Shown here one piece after another: positions 38,569 through 50,999 of a DNA stretch of 64,000 nucleotides. Below the pieces are notes generated by a model. That model was not told the DNA's origin and made no database searches. It saw only the letters and a program-made list of their open reading frames with translations. The stretch is from contig NC_068984.1 of assembly GCF_001194135.2 (NCBI RefSeq), positions 106,060,692 to 106,124,691 of the forward strand, in the 5' to 3' direction. Made by a program: the position numbers and the translations under genes. Positions within the stretch are counted from its first letter, which is position 1; the number at the start of each line of letters is the position of its first letter. The stretch is from Octopus bimaculoides (Eukaryota).

Positions 38569-38916
38569 CTATCTATATATATATATATNNNNNNNNNNNN
38601 NNNNNNNNNNNNNNNNNNNNNNNNNNNNNNNNNNNNNNNNNNNNNNNNNNNNNNNNNNNNNNNNNNNNNNNNNNNNNNNNNNNNNNNNNNNNNNNNNNNN
38701 NNNNNNNNNNNNNNNNNNNNNNNNNNNNNNNNNNNNNNNNNNNNNNNNNNNNNNNNNNNNNNNNNNNNNNNNNNNNNNNNNNNNNNNNNNNNNNNNNNNN
38801 NNNNNNNNNNNNNNNNNNNNNNNNNNNNNNNNNNNNNNNNNNNNNNNNNNNNNNNNNNNNNNNNNNNNNNNNNNNNNNNNNNNNNNNNNNNNNNNNNNNN
38901 NNNNNNNNNNNNNNNN

Positions 38917-39700
38917 AGGTGCGTTTACATGCCTCTGCTAGAACTGTGATTTTGATTTCAGCTTGATAGGTCTTCTTCTCAAGCACGATATGCCAAAGGT
39001 TTTGGTCATTGCCTCTGTGAAGCCTAATACTCGAAAGGAACCCAGCCACTTTGCCTGTGTGTGAGGCCCAACACTCGAAAAGAACTCAGCCACTTTGCCT
39101 CTGTGAGGCCCAACATTCAAAAGATGTTCTTTACGTGCTACCAGCATGGATGCACTTGGCTTGACAGGTCCTCTCAAGCACAGCACATCGCCAAAGTTCT
39201 CAGTCACCAGTCATTGCCTCTGTGAGGCTCAAAGTTCTAAGATCATGCTTCATGTGTCCCATATCTTCCTGGGTCTACTTCTACTACAGGTACCTCCACA
39301 GTAAGAGATCGGCAGTTCTCTACACAGCTGTCCTCATCAATATGCACCACATGACCATACCAGTGCAGTCATCTCTCTTGCACACTATATCTGATCCTAT
39401 TATGACTAACTTTTCTCTCAAGATGCTTACACTCTGTTGAACATGCACACTGACATTGCACATCCAGCGAAGCATACTGGCTTCATTTCTTTCAAGCTTA
39501 TGCATATCCTCGGCTGTCATAGCCTATGTTTCACTGCCATGCAGCATAGCTGTTCATACATAGGCATCAAGCAATCTATCTTTTACTTTGAGAGAGAGAC
39601 AATTTGTTGCCAGCAGGTGTAGGAGCTCTCTGAACTTTGCCCAGCCTAATCATATTCTCACAGCTATACTCTTGGAGCATCCTCCTCCGCTACTACCCAT
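38917..39700 (-). mobile_element. RTE LINE fragment, ORF C-terminus and proximal 3' UTR
   Basis: SSGGGCS...GWAKFRELL...HGSET.AMTAEDMHKLERNEASMLRWMCNVSV...RGRPRK. Confidence 0.85.
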
Positions 39701-39874
39701 TCTACCCATTCTACACAGCACTTTCCTTGGATACTGGAACTGCAACTGTAACATCCTACATATATTTTTATTCTTATTTTCTTATTTCCCTTTATACTTC
39801 CTATAATCATCCTTTTCCAAAATAACTCCTGATATTGAACTCTACTATTTCCCTCCAGTTAACTCTCTCATATC

Positions 39875-39922
39875 GTCTCTGATGAAGGGATATCCCTAAT
39901 ATCCCAGAAAAAGCTGTAAGAC
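39875..39922 (+). ncRNA. Minimal type I hammerhead motif with GUA site, Penelope type
   Basis: GUCU-CUGAUGA-A[GGGAUAU CCCUA AUAUCCC]A-GAAA-AAGCUG-UA-AGAC: 4-bp stem I, 7-bp stem II; stem III is one change from the palindrome ACAGCUGU. Confidence 0.7.
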
Positions 39923-40147
39923 TACCTGTCTCTTTATAAACATCTTATAAATCACACACAGCCCTGGCTTCGTTGTCTCACTCTATTTAACACCATCAGG
40001 AACATACATTTACCCATGTGCTTCCACAGCCTTACCCTTTGACAATCACTGAAATACATACGTACATTCATCATCAGAAAAATTATATACTATCTACACC
40101 ACCAACTGCATGAGCAAATGCGCAAATTCTCTGAAATAATATGTGAT

Positions 40148-40211
<64 letters not shown>

Positions 40212-40262
40212 CAAACATACATACACACACACACACACATATATATATACATATATATTTAA

Positions 40263-41103
40263 TGATGCTGTAAAGAGAGAGACTTGGAAATGCTACTAAA
40301 TGAAGAGAATGAATGGGAGAAAGAGAAACTTTCAAATACCAACCCAACAAAGGGACCAGGTATTCGAATTAACAATACTTTGGTAGATAAAGCAATTAAA
40401 GGTATGAAGACAGGGAAAACCCCATCAGGAATCACTGCTGAGATGCCTAAGATATCTGGCAGTGTAGGCCATAGTCTAGTCACCTGTATAATCAACCAGG
40501 TGATACATGAAGGAGCCATACCCAATGACGAGTGTAGCAGCACCATAGTCAACTGCTACAAAGTTAAAGGTTAGGGTTAGGGTTAGATAGGGATAATTAC
40601 AGAGGTATGAAATTGTAGGATCAGGTGATGAAAGTAATATGCTGTGCTTGAGCAGACCTGTTGAGTCAAGTAAAATCATAGTTGTGGCCAGTGCTGCCTG
40701 ACTGGCACCCATGCCAGTGGCATGTAAAATGCACTATTTGAACGTGGTCAGTGCCAATGCTGCCTGACTGGCTCCTGTGCTGGTGGCATGTAAATAGTAC
40801 CATTCAAACATCGATGCAAGTACTGCCTGAATGACTCCCATGCAAGTGGCATGTAAAAAGCACCATTCGATTGTGGTTGATACCAGTGCTGCATGACTGG
40901 CCCCCATACTGGTGGCATGTAAAAAAGTACCCACTGCACTCTCAGAGTGGTTGGCATTAGGAAGGACATTTAGTTGTAGAAACCTTGCCAGATCAGATTG
41001 GAGCCTGGCGCAGCCTCCTGGCTTGCCAATCCTCAGTCAAGCTGTCCAACCCATGCCAGCATGGAAAGTGGACGTTAAACGATGATGATGATGATGATGA
41101 TGA
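40263..41103 (+). mobile_element. RTE LINE, RT N-terminal piece joined by internal deletion to the 3' UTR and (GAT)n tail
   Basis: LLNEENEW...MKTGK..SGITAEM...EGAIPND...NYRGMKL.DQVMKV, then UTR repeats and gttaaac(gat)n. Confidence 0.85.
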
Positions 41104-41479
41104 ATGCACATATATACTTTACACACATACACACATCTCGTACTGTAGCTATGAATTAACCCCAGTATACTCTGTAAAGTTGGTATAAGGAAGGGCATCT
41201 ATCTATGGAGTCCAAACCAAAAAGGAAATATATAAGTAAGATGGGGTTCTCTGACCTACCTAGAAGAGCAGCAACAACTTATCCAAAACATACAACCAAT
41301 ATAAAATGCAGAATCAAAATAACAATGATACAAGATGTGATGGGTATTTGAGGACATTCAATTATCAGTGTATCACCCTCTTAAAACCATTGAAGAGGTT
41401 TTATTTCTTTCAGATCCCCTATAGTAGATACAATGCAAACAAAAAATGAAAAAAAACACGCAGTCAGTGTTACAATATG

Positions 41480-42870
41480 TGCAGAACACAGTGATTTAGA
41501 AATTGCAAACTTTCTAAATGTTGCATGATCTTTTGTACACAAAGTTCAGATGCCTCTGGTGGGAATGTCTGAACTGCTTCAAACAAAAAACATTCTGAAC
41601 ACTCAGACACTATAAGGACTGCAATTCATCCAACAGGTTCAAAAGATTATAAATGATAATCTTGGAAAATCAATGTGGGCCATCACCAAAGAACTTCAGG
41701 TGTTGGAGTGGACTATCAGAACTGTGATGCACAAAGACATTTGATGCAAGTCATTTCTATTAAGGAGAGGCCAACTCGTGTCTACAAAAATACAGGAAAA
41801 CCATTTGAGCTGCAACAAGTGGTTACTTAACAAGGTTAAAACCCCAACAAACATAACATGATTTGTTTCCTCTCTGCTGAGAAGAACTTCAACCAAGGAC
41901 TAAAGTCTAACAGGAGAAATGATAGATGATTCTGTGTAGATTTTTCTAATGTCCCCAGACTGAGGCACATTATGGTTCCAGTAACTGTGATGGATTTAGG
42001 AGTGTTGAATAATGAAGATGATGTCATACCACCTTACATCTGTCCACAGGGTGTTAGAATTAGTGTTACTGGATATGCTCAGGTGCTGGAGAATGTTGTT
42101 AATCCCTGGATAGAAGAAGTGCTCAATGAAAGGCAATGCATTTCAACAAACCTCAGTACCTTCTCACAAAGCTTGTGTAACACAAGAATAAATGTTAAGC
42201 GTGGCTTAGGGGTTAGGGTGTCAGCATCTCGATCGTAAGATTGTGGTTTCGATTCCTGGACCGGGCGATGCATTGTGTTCTTGAGCAAAACACTTCATTT
42301 CACGTTGCTCCAGTTCATTCAGCTGGCAAAAATGAGTAACGCTGCGATGGACTGGTGTCCCGTCCAGCAGGAGAGCGCATACGCCATTGAAACCGGGAAA
42401 CCGGGCCCATGAGCCTGGCTAGGCTTTAAAACGGTGCATTTATTATTAGTCTCTATGATTATGTAATAGCAAACTTGTGGATTCCAAATTTGCCAGATTT
42501 AAATCCCATGAACTACTACATTTAGAGTGTTATAGACACCCTCACATTGTGGTTGATACCAGTGCTGCATGACTGGCCCCCATACTGGTGGCATGTAAAA
42601 AAGTACCCACTGCACTCTCAGAGTGGTTGGCATTAGGAAGGACATTTAGTTGTAGAAACCTTGCCAGATCAGATTGGAGCCTGGCACAGCCTCCTGGCTT
42701 GCCAATCCTCAGTCAAGCTGTCCAACCCATGCCAGCATGGGTTGGATGCCGTAGTCCAGGTGATGTCTCAAGTGAATAAGGATTAAGAAATGCAGACATG
42801 TTGACAATTATGGTTCCACATTGAAGCAGTAATATAAGCTAAAGGTGCATTAATAGAATAATCTTAAAAT
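41480..42870 (+). mobile_element. Decayed maT/DD37D-like Tc1/mariner transposase, interrupted by a SINE and a duplicated RTE fragment
   Basis: Remnants SAEKNFNQ, VMDLGVLNNEDDVIPP, VLENVVNPWI, PDLNP..YY and the C-terminal HIEAVI.AKG. Family assignment is from recalled motifs. Confidence 0.7.
42199..42448 (+). mobile_element. tRNA-derived SINE family E inserted in the maT remnant
   Basis: TGGCTTAGGGG and GTTTCGATTCC boxes; central ttgtgttcttgagcaaaacacttcatttcacgttgctccag domain shared with 43359-43690. Confidence 0.75.
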
Positions 42871-43247
42871 AAAGTTTATTGAGAAAATGTGCACAACATT
42901 TTATTAAAAAAGTATTACTCACCAGTATGGGGATCGAACATATGGCATTCACAATAGCACAATGCATTAGATGACTAAGCTAACACGCCTATACATTTGA
43001 TTTTCGCTTGGTTAGAGTTGTTTTATTAAATTACGAAATACACGTTTGTGTGTGTGTGTGGGAGGGGGGGTCACCTTGTCTTGACATTATGCAATAGCTG
43101 TATCACTGACACACAAGCAGTCTCATTCCTTTTCAATATTCTGTGAAAATATCTGACCATGGGGAAACATCATCTTGCTTGGAAACAGCTGAGGGCTAAC
43201 AACAGGATGGGCATCCAGTTATAGAAAATTGCACCTCAATAAACTCA

Positions 43248-43288
<41 letters not shown>

Positions 43289-43316
43289 CTGAAACNNNNN
43301 NNNNNCAATAAACTCA

Positions 43317-43357
<41 letters not shown>

Positions 43358-43358
43358 C

Positions 43359-43690
43359 TGAAACCCCCTTCGGTCACGACTGACCATAGGATTGCACCTA
43401 GAAAATTACCCTCCCAAGCACAAGTCCAGGCAAGGTTGTTTATGGAAGACCAGCAGTCTCCCATGCATACTGGCCTCTCCTCTCCATGCCACCAGTGTTA
43501 TCCAAGGGAAAGGCAAAGGCTGATACAGCTTGGCACCTGTGATATTGCAACTCATTTCTACAGCTGAGTGAACTGGAGCAACGTGAAATAAAGTGTCTTG
43601 TTCAAGAACACAACACACAGCCCAGTCCGGGATTCGAACTCACACCCTCACCATCGTAAGCTCGACGCTCTAACCACTGAGCCATGCACC
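43359..43690 (-). mobile_element. tRNA-derived SINE sharing the central domain with family E
   Basis: TGGCTCAGTGG A box and GAGTTCGAATCC B box, followed by the same central domain. Confidence 0.75.
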
Positions 43691-43693
43691 TTT

Positions 43694-43728
<35 letters not shown>

Positions 43729-44511
43729 CACACACACACATATATGTATGTGTGTGCCAGTTCCACATAAAAAGAACTTTTGCTGGTGCCACATAAAAAA
43801 GCACCTGAGCTGGTGCCAGATATAAAGCACCCGTGTTGGTGTGCCATAATAACATTGGTGCTGGTACCATGTAAAAAGTACCCGGTACACTCTGTAAAGT
43901 GGTTGGCATCATGAAGGGCATCCAACCATAGAGACTCTACCAAAATAGACAATTGGAATCTGGTGTAGTTTTCTAGCTGGCCAGCTCCTGTCAAAATGTC
44001 CAATTCATGCCAACATAGAAAATGGACATTAAATGATGTTGATGATGATGATACATATATATTTTTACACAGACATGCACACACACTCTCTTATTGACAT
44101 CTATTCCTTATTCTTGTCATCTCTCCAACTCATATTTACCATTAACTATCCCTCCACCCTTGTTTACCTTTTACTATATTCACTCCTATCCCCATCTCTA
44201 ACCACCTCTCACTCTTCTTGCATGGTTTTGTATAATCTACCCATCCACCCTTCCTAACTTTCAGCCCCATACACTCTCTTCTACTCAGCTTCTGGTAGGC
44301 CACATTCTGGCACCTTGTCACCACTTTTTGCGCTCCACCCCAGTTACTTCCACCTAACCTCATATAAAATGTAGGGTGGCCATGTAACCTGCTCCTGTTC
44401 GATTTAGCATACTAAACATCTAGCAAAAGAGCCAGCACCCTTTCTACTGTAGCCCCACCACAAAAAAAAAAAAAAAAAAAAAAAGACAATTTTGGAAACA
44501 TGATTTTTTAC

Positions 44512-44582
44512 CGGTTTGGAAAGCTATCATTCAAGGCACATTCTTCAAGAGCATCAAGAGATTTCCATACTTCTTCCATATT
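44512..44582 (-). CDS. FOCAD: Focadhesin exon 3 (NMEEVWKSLDALEECALNDSFPN)
   Basis: Acceptor ttctatttag, donor CG|gtaaaa; 71 nt, phase 0/2. Matches recalled human LLMKSLDALENCCFD. Not in the ORF track. Confidence 0.88.
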
Positions 44583-46908
44583 CTAAATAGAAAATTAAAT
44601 AAGCAGGGGGAAAAAAATGAGAAAAAATTAATTCATAGGTCAAATTGTATGTATGAGAAGTAGAAGTTTTAGATAGTTTTTCAACTTTATTATTTGAATT
44701 CAAAAGAAGAAAAAAATTCTTCAATCTTCGCAAAGTTAACCTTGTAAGTAAAGAAAAATATCACAATGACATATGACCTTTTAAGAAACTGGTTTATTTT
44801 GTCTAGAGAGAAGAAACCAAACAACNNNNNNNNNNNNNNNNNNNNNNNNNNNNNNNNNNNNNNNNNNNNNNNNNNNNNNNNNNNNNNNNNNNNNNNNNNN
44901 NNNNNNNNNNNNNNNNNNNNNNNNNNNNNNNNNNNNNNNNNNNNNNNNNNNNNNNNNNNNNNNNNNNNNNNNNNNNNNNNNNNNNNNNNNNNNNNNNNNN
45001 NNNNNNNNNNNNNNNNNNNNNNAATGTCATTTCCTTCAATAATTTGACTGTGAATATAAGAAAGGTGTCAGAATTTCAGGAAAAAAATGAAATTGAAATA
45101 TTCAAAGACAAATGTACGAAAATGTACAAACAACCAAAATCTCACACCACCACCGCCGCCGCAGTAGTAGTAGTAGTAGTAGTGGCAGCAGCGGTGCGCC
45201 ACCGCTACTACTACTACTACTAATGATAATAATAATAAAACAGCTACTCAAGATGCATTGTTGATGTAACAATTGCAGAACATAATATGAATAAATCAAA
45301 ATCAAAAGAGAATGTAAAAAAAAAAAAAAAGAATGGAACTAAGAGAGTAATATACAAAAAAATATGTCTGTATGTGTGTGTATATATATAAAAGAATGCA
45401 ACAAGAGCAAGAAGAATCACATTAGTTGTGACAGTGGCAGATGAGAGAAAAGATGACAATGATAACAACAACAACAACAACAATAATAATAATCATAATC
45501 TCAAACATTTTGGTGGGGTGGGGGGTAGTGGGGCAATAGACACCAGTAACTTCACCTGTACTTTATTTTATTGAGTCCAGAACAATGAAAAGTAAAGACG
45601 ACCTTGGTGGGGCTTGAATCAAGAAAGTAAAGAGCCAGAATATATACCCCATTGCATTTTCGTGTGATGCTCCAATAATTCCATGACTCCATTACTCAAT
45701 TTAGGGGGAGGGGTCAAGTCAATTACATTGACTCCAGTGTGCAACTGGTACTTATTTTATTGATTCTGGAAGGATGAAAGGCACAGTTGACCTCAGCGGA
45801 ATTTGAAGTCAGAATGAAAGGACGGACAAATGTAGCTAAGCATTCTGCTTGGTAAGCTAACAATTCTGCTAGCTTGCTACCTTAATAATAATAATAACAA
45901 TAATGGTTTCAAATTTTTCCACAAGGGCAGCAGTTTTAGGAGAGGGGATGAATTGATTAAACTGATCTCAACTGGTACTTATTTTATTGATCCTGAAAGG
46001 ATGAAAGGCAAAGTTGACCTTGGCGGTATCTGATTGAACTCAGAATGTGAAGACGGACGAAATGCCACTAAACATTCTGCCTGGTGTACTAACGGTTCTG
46101 CTGGCTCACCACCTTAATAACAATATTAATAATCCTTTCTACTGAAGGCACAAGGTATAAATTTTTGGAGGAGGGGACTAGTCGATTACATTGACCTCAG
46201 TGTTTCACTAGTACTTAATTTCTCAATCCCGAAAGGATGAAAGGAAAAGTCGAGCTCAGCAGAATTTGAATGCAGAACATAAGGACAGATGAAATGCTGC
46301 TAAGCATATTGCCCAGCATGCTAATGATTCTGCCAGCTCGCTGCCTTAATAATAATAATAAATGCCCTGATGCAATAATAATGGGCTACACTAATATTCT
46401 CCTCAATACCACAGATTTGCTTGTCAGTTGCTTGACCTTAACCAGTTGAGCATGTCCCTTAGTGGCTGATGGTATGTACATTCTGATCATGAGCAGAAGT
46501 AAGGGAGCATCATAGCCATGTGTTGAGAGTGATTCTTTTCGATTTGGAAAATTCACCTCTAGAAACATGGGTATTTCGTTCATCATCCTTAAACAACCCA
46601 TCTTCAGGGAACTTTTGAGTGGGATTGGCTATTTGACCTGAAGAAAATTCTAACTGGGCTCCACCTGAAAGGTCATGAGCTGAGCATTTATCTTGATATG
46701 AGATTACCAAGTCACACTCACATATGGTTGTAATGCATATGCCTGGTGTACCCTTATCAGATGGGTAGTCATGGTGGGTATATTGGGCTTTGTAAATGTT
46801 TCAGTGCTTTTGTTTTCATACTTCCATGGGTCAGTTGAGAGTATGCTGAAGCAGAGTTTGCTTCCTATTTTATGACTGGATGCCCTTTCTGATGCCAGCA
46901 TCCACCTA

Positions 46909-47126
46909 CGAAGGGGTACTGAAGAATTCCTGGCTTTGGGTAAAAGAAAGTACAGTAGGATCAGTTAATCATGATTTTATTCACCATATTCCTCTTTCAC
47001 ATTCATATAATAATTGCAGTAGTCCTTCAGTTTTTCTAGGCCCTGTAAAAGAACTTGGAAGGTTGGGCCTCCAACTGAACTTTTTCGTGATATCCTTAAA
47101 GCCAGGTACTTTGCAGCACCCCCTCG
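46909..47126. mobile_element. Mariner-type MITE with TA target duplication
   Basis: TA|CGAAGGGGTACTGAAGAATTCCTGGCTTT ... AAAGCCAGGTACTTTGCAGCACCCCCTCG|TA. Related copies lie near 47340-47545 and 55960-56345. Confidence 0.7.
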
Positions 47127-49005
47127 TATTTCCAAATAAGGTAAACATCTCAGACCACTGAACAGCAAACAGCCTAGACATGTTCATGTAGAAACTTGAA
47201 AAAATGACAATGAAATGAGCATTTTTGCTTAAAATGATCACTCAACATGCCATGACAAGTCAAGAAACCTCCGCATACTTCTGCAGTGGACTGTAAGCAA
47301 AAATGCAATCTCTTTCTCTCTCTCTTTTTCTCTCACACACATATTTACAGGGGACTTTCAGGGTATCATGAAAGGCCGGGTTGGAGGCCCAAACTTTCAA
47401 GTTCTTTTACAGGTCTTAGAAAAACTGAAGGATCGTTGCAATAAGTGTGTGAATCTCAGAGGGGAATAAGTTGAATAGAAACACAACTGATCCACCTGCA
47501 TTTCCATTTAACCGAAATCAGAAACTTTTCAGCACCCCTTCATATATATGACATGCTTCTTCCAGTTTCCATCTACCAAATTCATTCACAAGACTGATCA
47601 CCTTGGAGCTACAGTAGAAAGGATTTTCCCATGGTGCCACACGGGACTGAATCTGAAATCATGTGGTTAGGAAGCAAATTTCTAAACCACATAGCCATGC
47701 CAGCAATTTGATCTCTAACATGATCTCGAAATTGACTGAACAAATATAGACAGTGAAGTGAAAGAAATAGAAAAATTAATTTCTGTGAATGTGTGCGTGT
47801 GTGTATATGCATTGGCATCAGTGTGTGTGTGTGTGTGCATGTGTGGGCATTTGTTTGTGTGTGTAAGTGTGTGCATGTGTGGGCATTTGTGTGTGTATGT
47901 GTGTGTGATGAGTGGGGGAGTGGTGGTGTTTACACATGGGCATGAGTGAGTGAGTGAGTGAGTGAGCATGTGTAAAGAGAGTATATAAATCATTTCCTCC
48001 TGTCACAACAATGTTTCCTGTTTGTAATCCTGCACATAGGAAGAAACACTAACATTAACAAGATGCTTTATGAGACTGTTAGCCAGTAAGCATTCAACGT
48101 GTTGTTAATGGAGACCTTAGACCTCCTCCTCCTCCTCCTCCTCCTCATCATCATCATCATTTTTCTCTTTCACTGTTTTGTATTTTTGTTGTCCATTCCA
48201 TCTAAATTGAAACAATTTTAACAATATGGGTAACTTGCATACAGTTGGAGAAAGTGTTTTCATAGGCAGCTGCTTTTCCTACTATTATCCAGTCGACCAA
48301 GAAACAGAAGAAGGATATGTTTGTAAGATAACATATACAGATCATGAATTGTTAAATGTATCTTTCTTTAGGATACAACACAACAGCTGCTGACAAGGTT
48401 TGGCCTTTGAACGAAAGGTATAAGCTGTCTAACAGACTTCCATACAGTTTCTGTTTATTTGATTTCATATATAAGAGTTGGGCCACACTGAGTCTAAAAG
48501 TTGAAATGAATTCAGAATTTTGAGGCCAACAAGTAAGCTTCTGAACCACTTGGCCATGCTTTCAATGAAGAAGCCTCTTTGTGGTAATTTGACTTGTCAG
48601 AAATAGCAGCCAAATTTCATTCTAATAACACAGTAATGTCTTTAAAGAGAAGGAAAGACATATCGGTTAATACAATTTTAAATATACTGTCTGATAAAAG
48701 ATAGTATGACATGAATAGAATGTCTTTGATTAGAGGTCTGCTTGATCAAGACTGATCAGCAGCTAAAAAGCAGTTACAAATCTGTAAAATTAAAATTTGA
48801 ATGTATACCGATCTAATTAAGATTGCAACTTATTTAAACTCATTAGTAGTCTATCTCTGGAAAATAGAGCATAAGCGATTATGATGTAACATTCAAAATG
48901 AATGGCAGAAAAAGAAATGGCAACTTAACCAATCAGTTATTAAGGTCAATAAGAAAATAAAAAAAAGAAAAGAACATAAAAAACAAAGGAAGTCAACAAA
49001 CTTAC

Positions 49006-49266
49006 TTTGGGTCCACAGACTTCAACGAAATGCTCTTCAAAAAGCCTAGATATCAAAATGCCAAGAGCTAAACCATTGTGGAATATAAGGACTGGAGATT
49101 CTGGTTGGTTGCTTTTTCCAGGTAGTGATAACGTCATCATAGACAGGACTTCAAACAATCTGCCACATGTCTCTGGAGAGAGTTGGCTGCTCACTAATCT
49201 TGGAAGTGCCAGACAGGCAGAAGCCTGGCACAGTATACTTGCCGGAGCACGATCTGTTTGACTGCG
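49006..49266 (-). CDS. FOCAD: Focadhesin exon 2 (RSQTDRAPAS...HNGLALGILISRLFEEHFVEVCGPK)
   Basis: Acceptor ttggttttcag, donor AAA|gtaagt; 261 nt, phase 0/0. Matches recalled human LPGKPSADESQAVQIHMGLALGMFLSRLCEE. An alternative in-frame AG would start the exon at 49290. Confidence 0.92.
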
Positions 49267-50999
49267 CTGAAAACCAATCAAACAAAGGAACTATGTTTAA
49301 ATTACAGTAATGACGTTTTTTCTTTTGGTAAAAAGCTTATTTTGATGCAAAAATATGTTCGAAGATTTTCCAAAAATGAATTAACAATAATCTAAGGTGG
49401 AAATTTTCCCATACCTAAAAGTAATTATCTCAATGATCATAACAACAATGACCAAATCACTTTCTATACATCATGAAGCATTAAAAACAACAATAACAAC
49501 AGCAAACCATTCCTATCAACCTTAGTACTTTTATCAACACCTAAAGAGGTGAAAATCAAAGCTGGATTTAGTCTCAAATTCAAAAGAATTGGGCAAAATA
49601 CCACAAAGCATTTTGCTGATGGTCTAACAATTTTACTATCTTATTGCCTTTCATTGTTTCTGATTCAGAGACGGGGCAAGAAATTTTGAAATTACCCTCT
49701 AATGATGCCACCATTTCACAGGCACTTTATTTTATCAACTGCACAAGGATGAGAAGCAAAGGTTGATTGATGAGGTTTGAACAAGTAATGCAAAATATTT
49801 TTGCAATGCTCTAACAATTCTGCCAGCTTATAAACTTTCATTAGTTCTTATTTCAAGAGAAGGCCAGCAATTTTTAGGGGAAGATTGTAATAGATATTAT
49901 AGACACCAGTACTTCATTTTATCAACTTTGAAAAGATGAAAACCAAAGTTGACCTCACCAGGATTTGAACTTAGAATATAAATAACCAAAAAAAAAAAAA
50001 AAAAAAAAAAATACAACATATTCTTTCTGATACTCTAACAATGCTGAAGTAATTTTTTTATATTTATTTGTGTACATTTTTCATGCTAGCATAACTTCAA
50101 CATGGATCTTTCTAAACCCATACTTCAATGAATTATGAGAGTTTCTTTTCTTTCCCACAATACTCAGTTGTGAAATGGGACACCCATACTCATCATTTGG
50201 TTAGCTGACTTGCATAGACCAATGTAACTCTTCCACTCAGATGTCCCAATTGAGTCAAACTGCATGAATATCTGGCTTGGGTTTTAGTCACAGTGGTCTT
50301 TCACTAGCTGAAATATAATCAGATCCTGGTCATTGACACTTTGATGTCTGTGTATCCACTCAGCATTTATTAATACCCACCATTAATTCAATTATATTCA
50401 TTTGCTGAAATTGTTTACATCCACCATGTTGCATTCAATGATTTCAACATACTCTGGGACCCTGAAAGGTGCTACTACTCTGGGTCAGAGTAGAGCTGAG
50501 AACAATAGTTACTAAGCGGTTGTTCCACACTCCTCAAAGCCTTGCAACATCCAAACCACTAGTGAATGCAGTTTAAAGTCATACCCAGGTGACTCATACG
50601 TCTCTGTGATATATTAGGGCAAGTAAAGTCATTTGTTGTTGCACTTCATCAAGTGACAGCAGTGCTTCAGTTAAAACAAGCAGTACAAATGCACTACCTT
50701 TCTAATCCTCTACATGATCTTCTTTAGTTCAGTGAATCTCCTTGTACATCTGCCATGATAAGGTAGATGTATGATGAAAAGCATTTCAACCATGGCTATC
50801 CTATTTTCAAAAATATTTGTTTCATTTTCAGGCAGTATATTGAGGATTACTTTATCCAATGTGTCCTATTTTGGAAATGGTAAAGTGCAACTTGAGTGAG
50901 ATTTAACTTCTATTTCTAGCAGGTGGAGCAGCTATGTAGAGTTTGTTTAGCTTATAAAGTAATGTGTGCTATTTATAAAGTTGGTTGAATTCTGAGATC

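Noticed and set aside
39588-39825. Plus-strand ORFs as possible Penelope GIY-YIG coding sequence
   Set aside because: Up to about 39700 the sequence is the antisense of an RTE ORF, and the remainder has no recognisable motif.
42918-42990. tRNA-like sequence on the minus strand, and SINE heads generally, as tRNA genes
   Set aside because: A/B boxes are present but the cloverleaf is broken and the heads run into SINE bodies.
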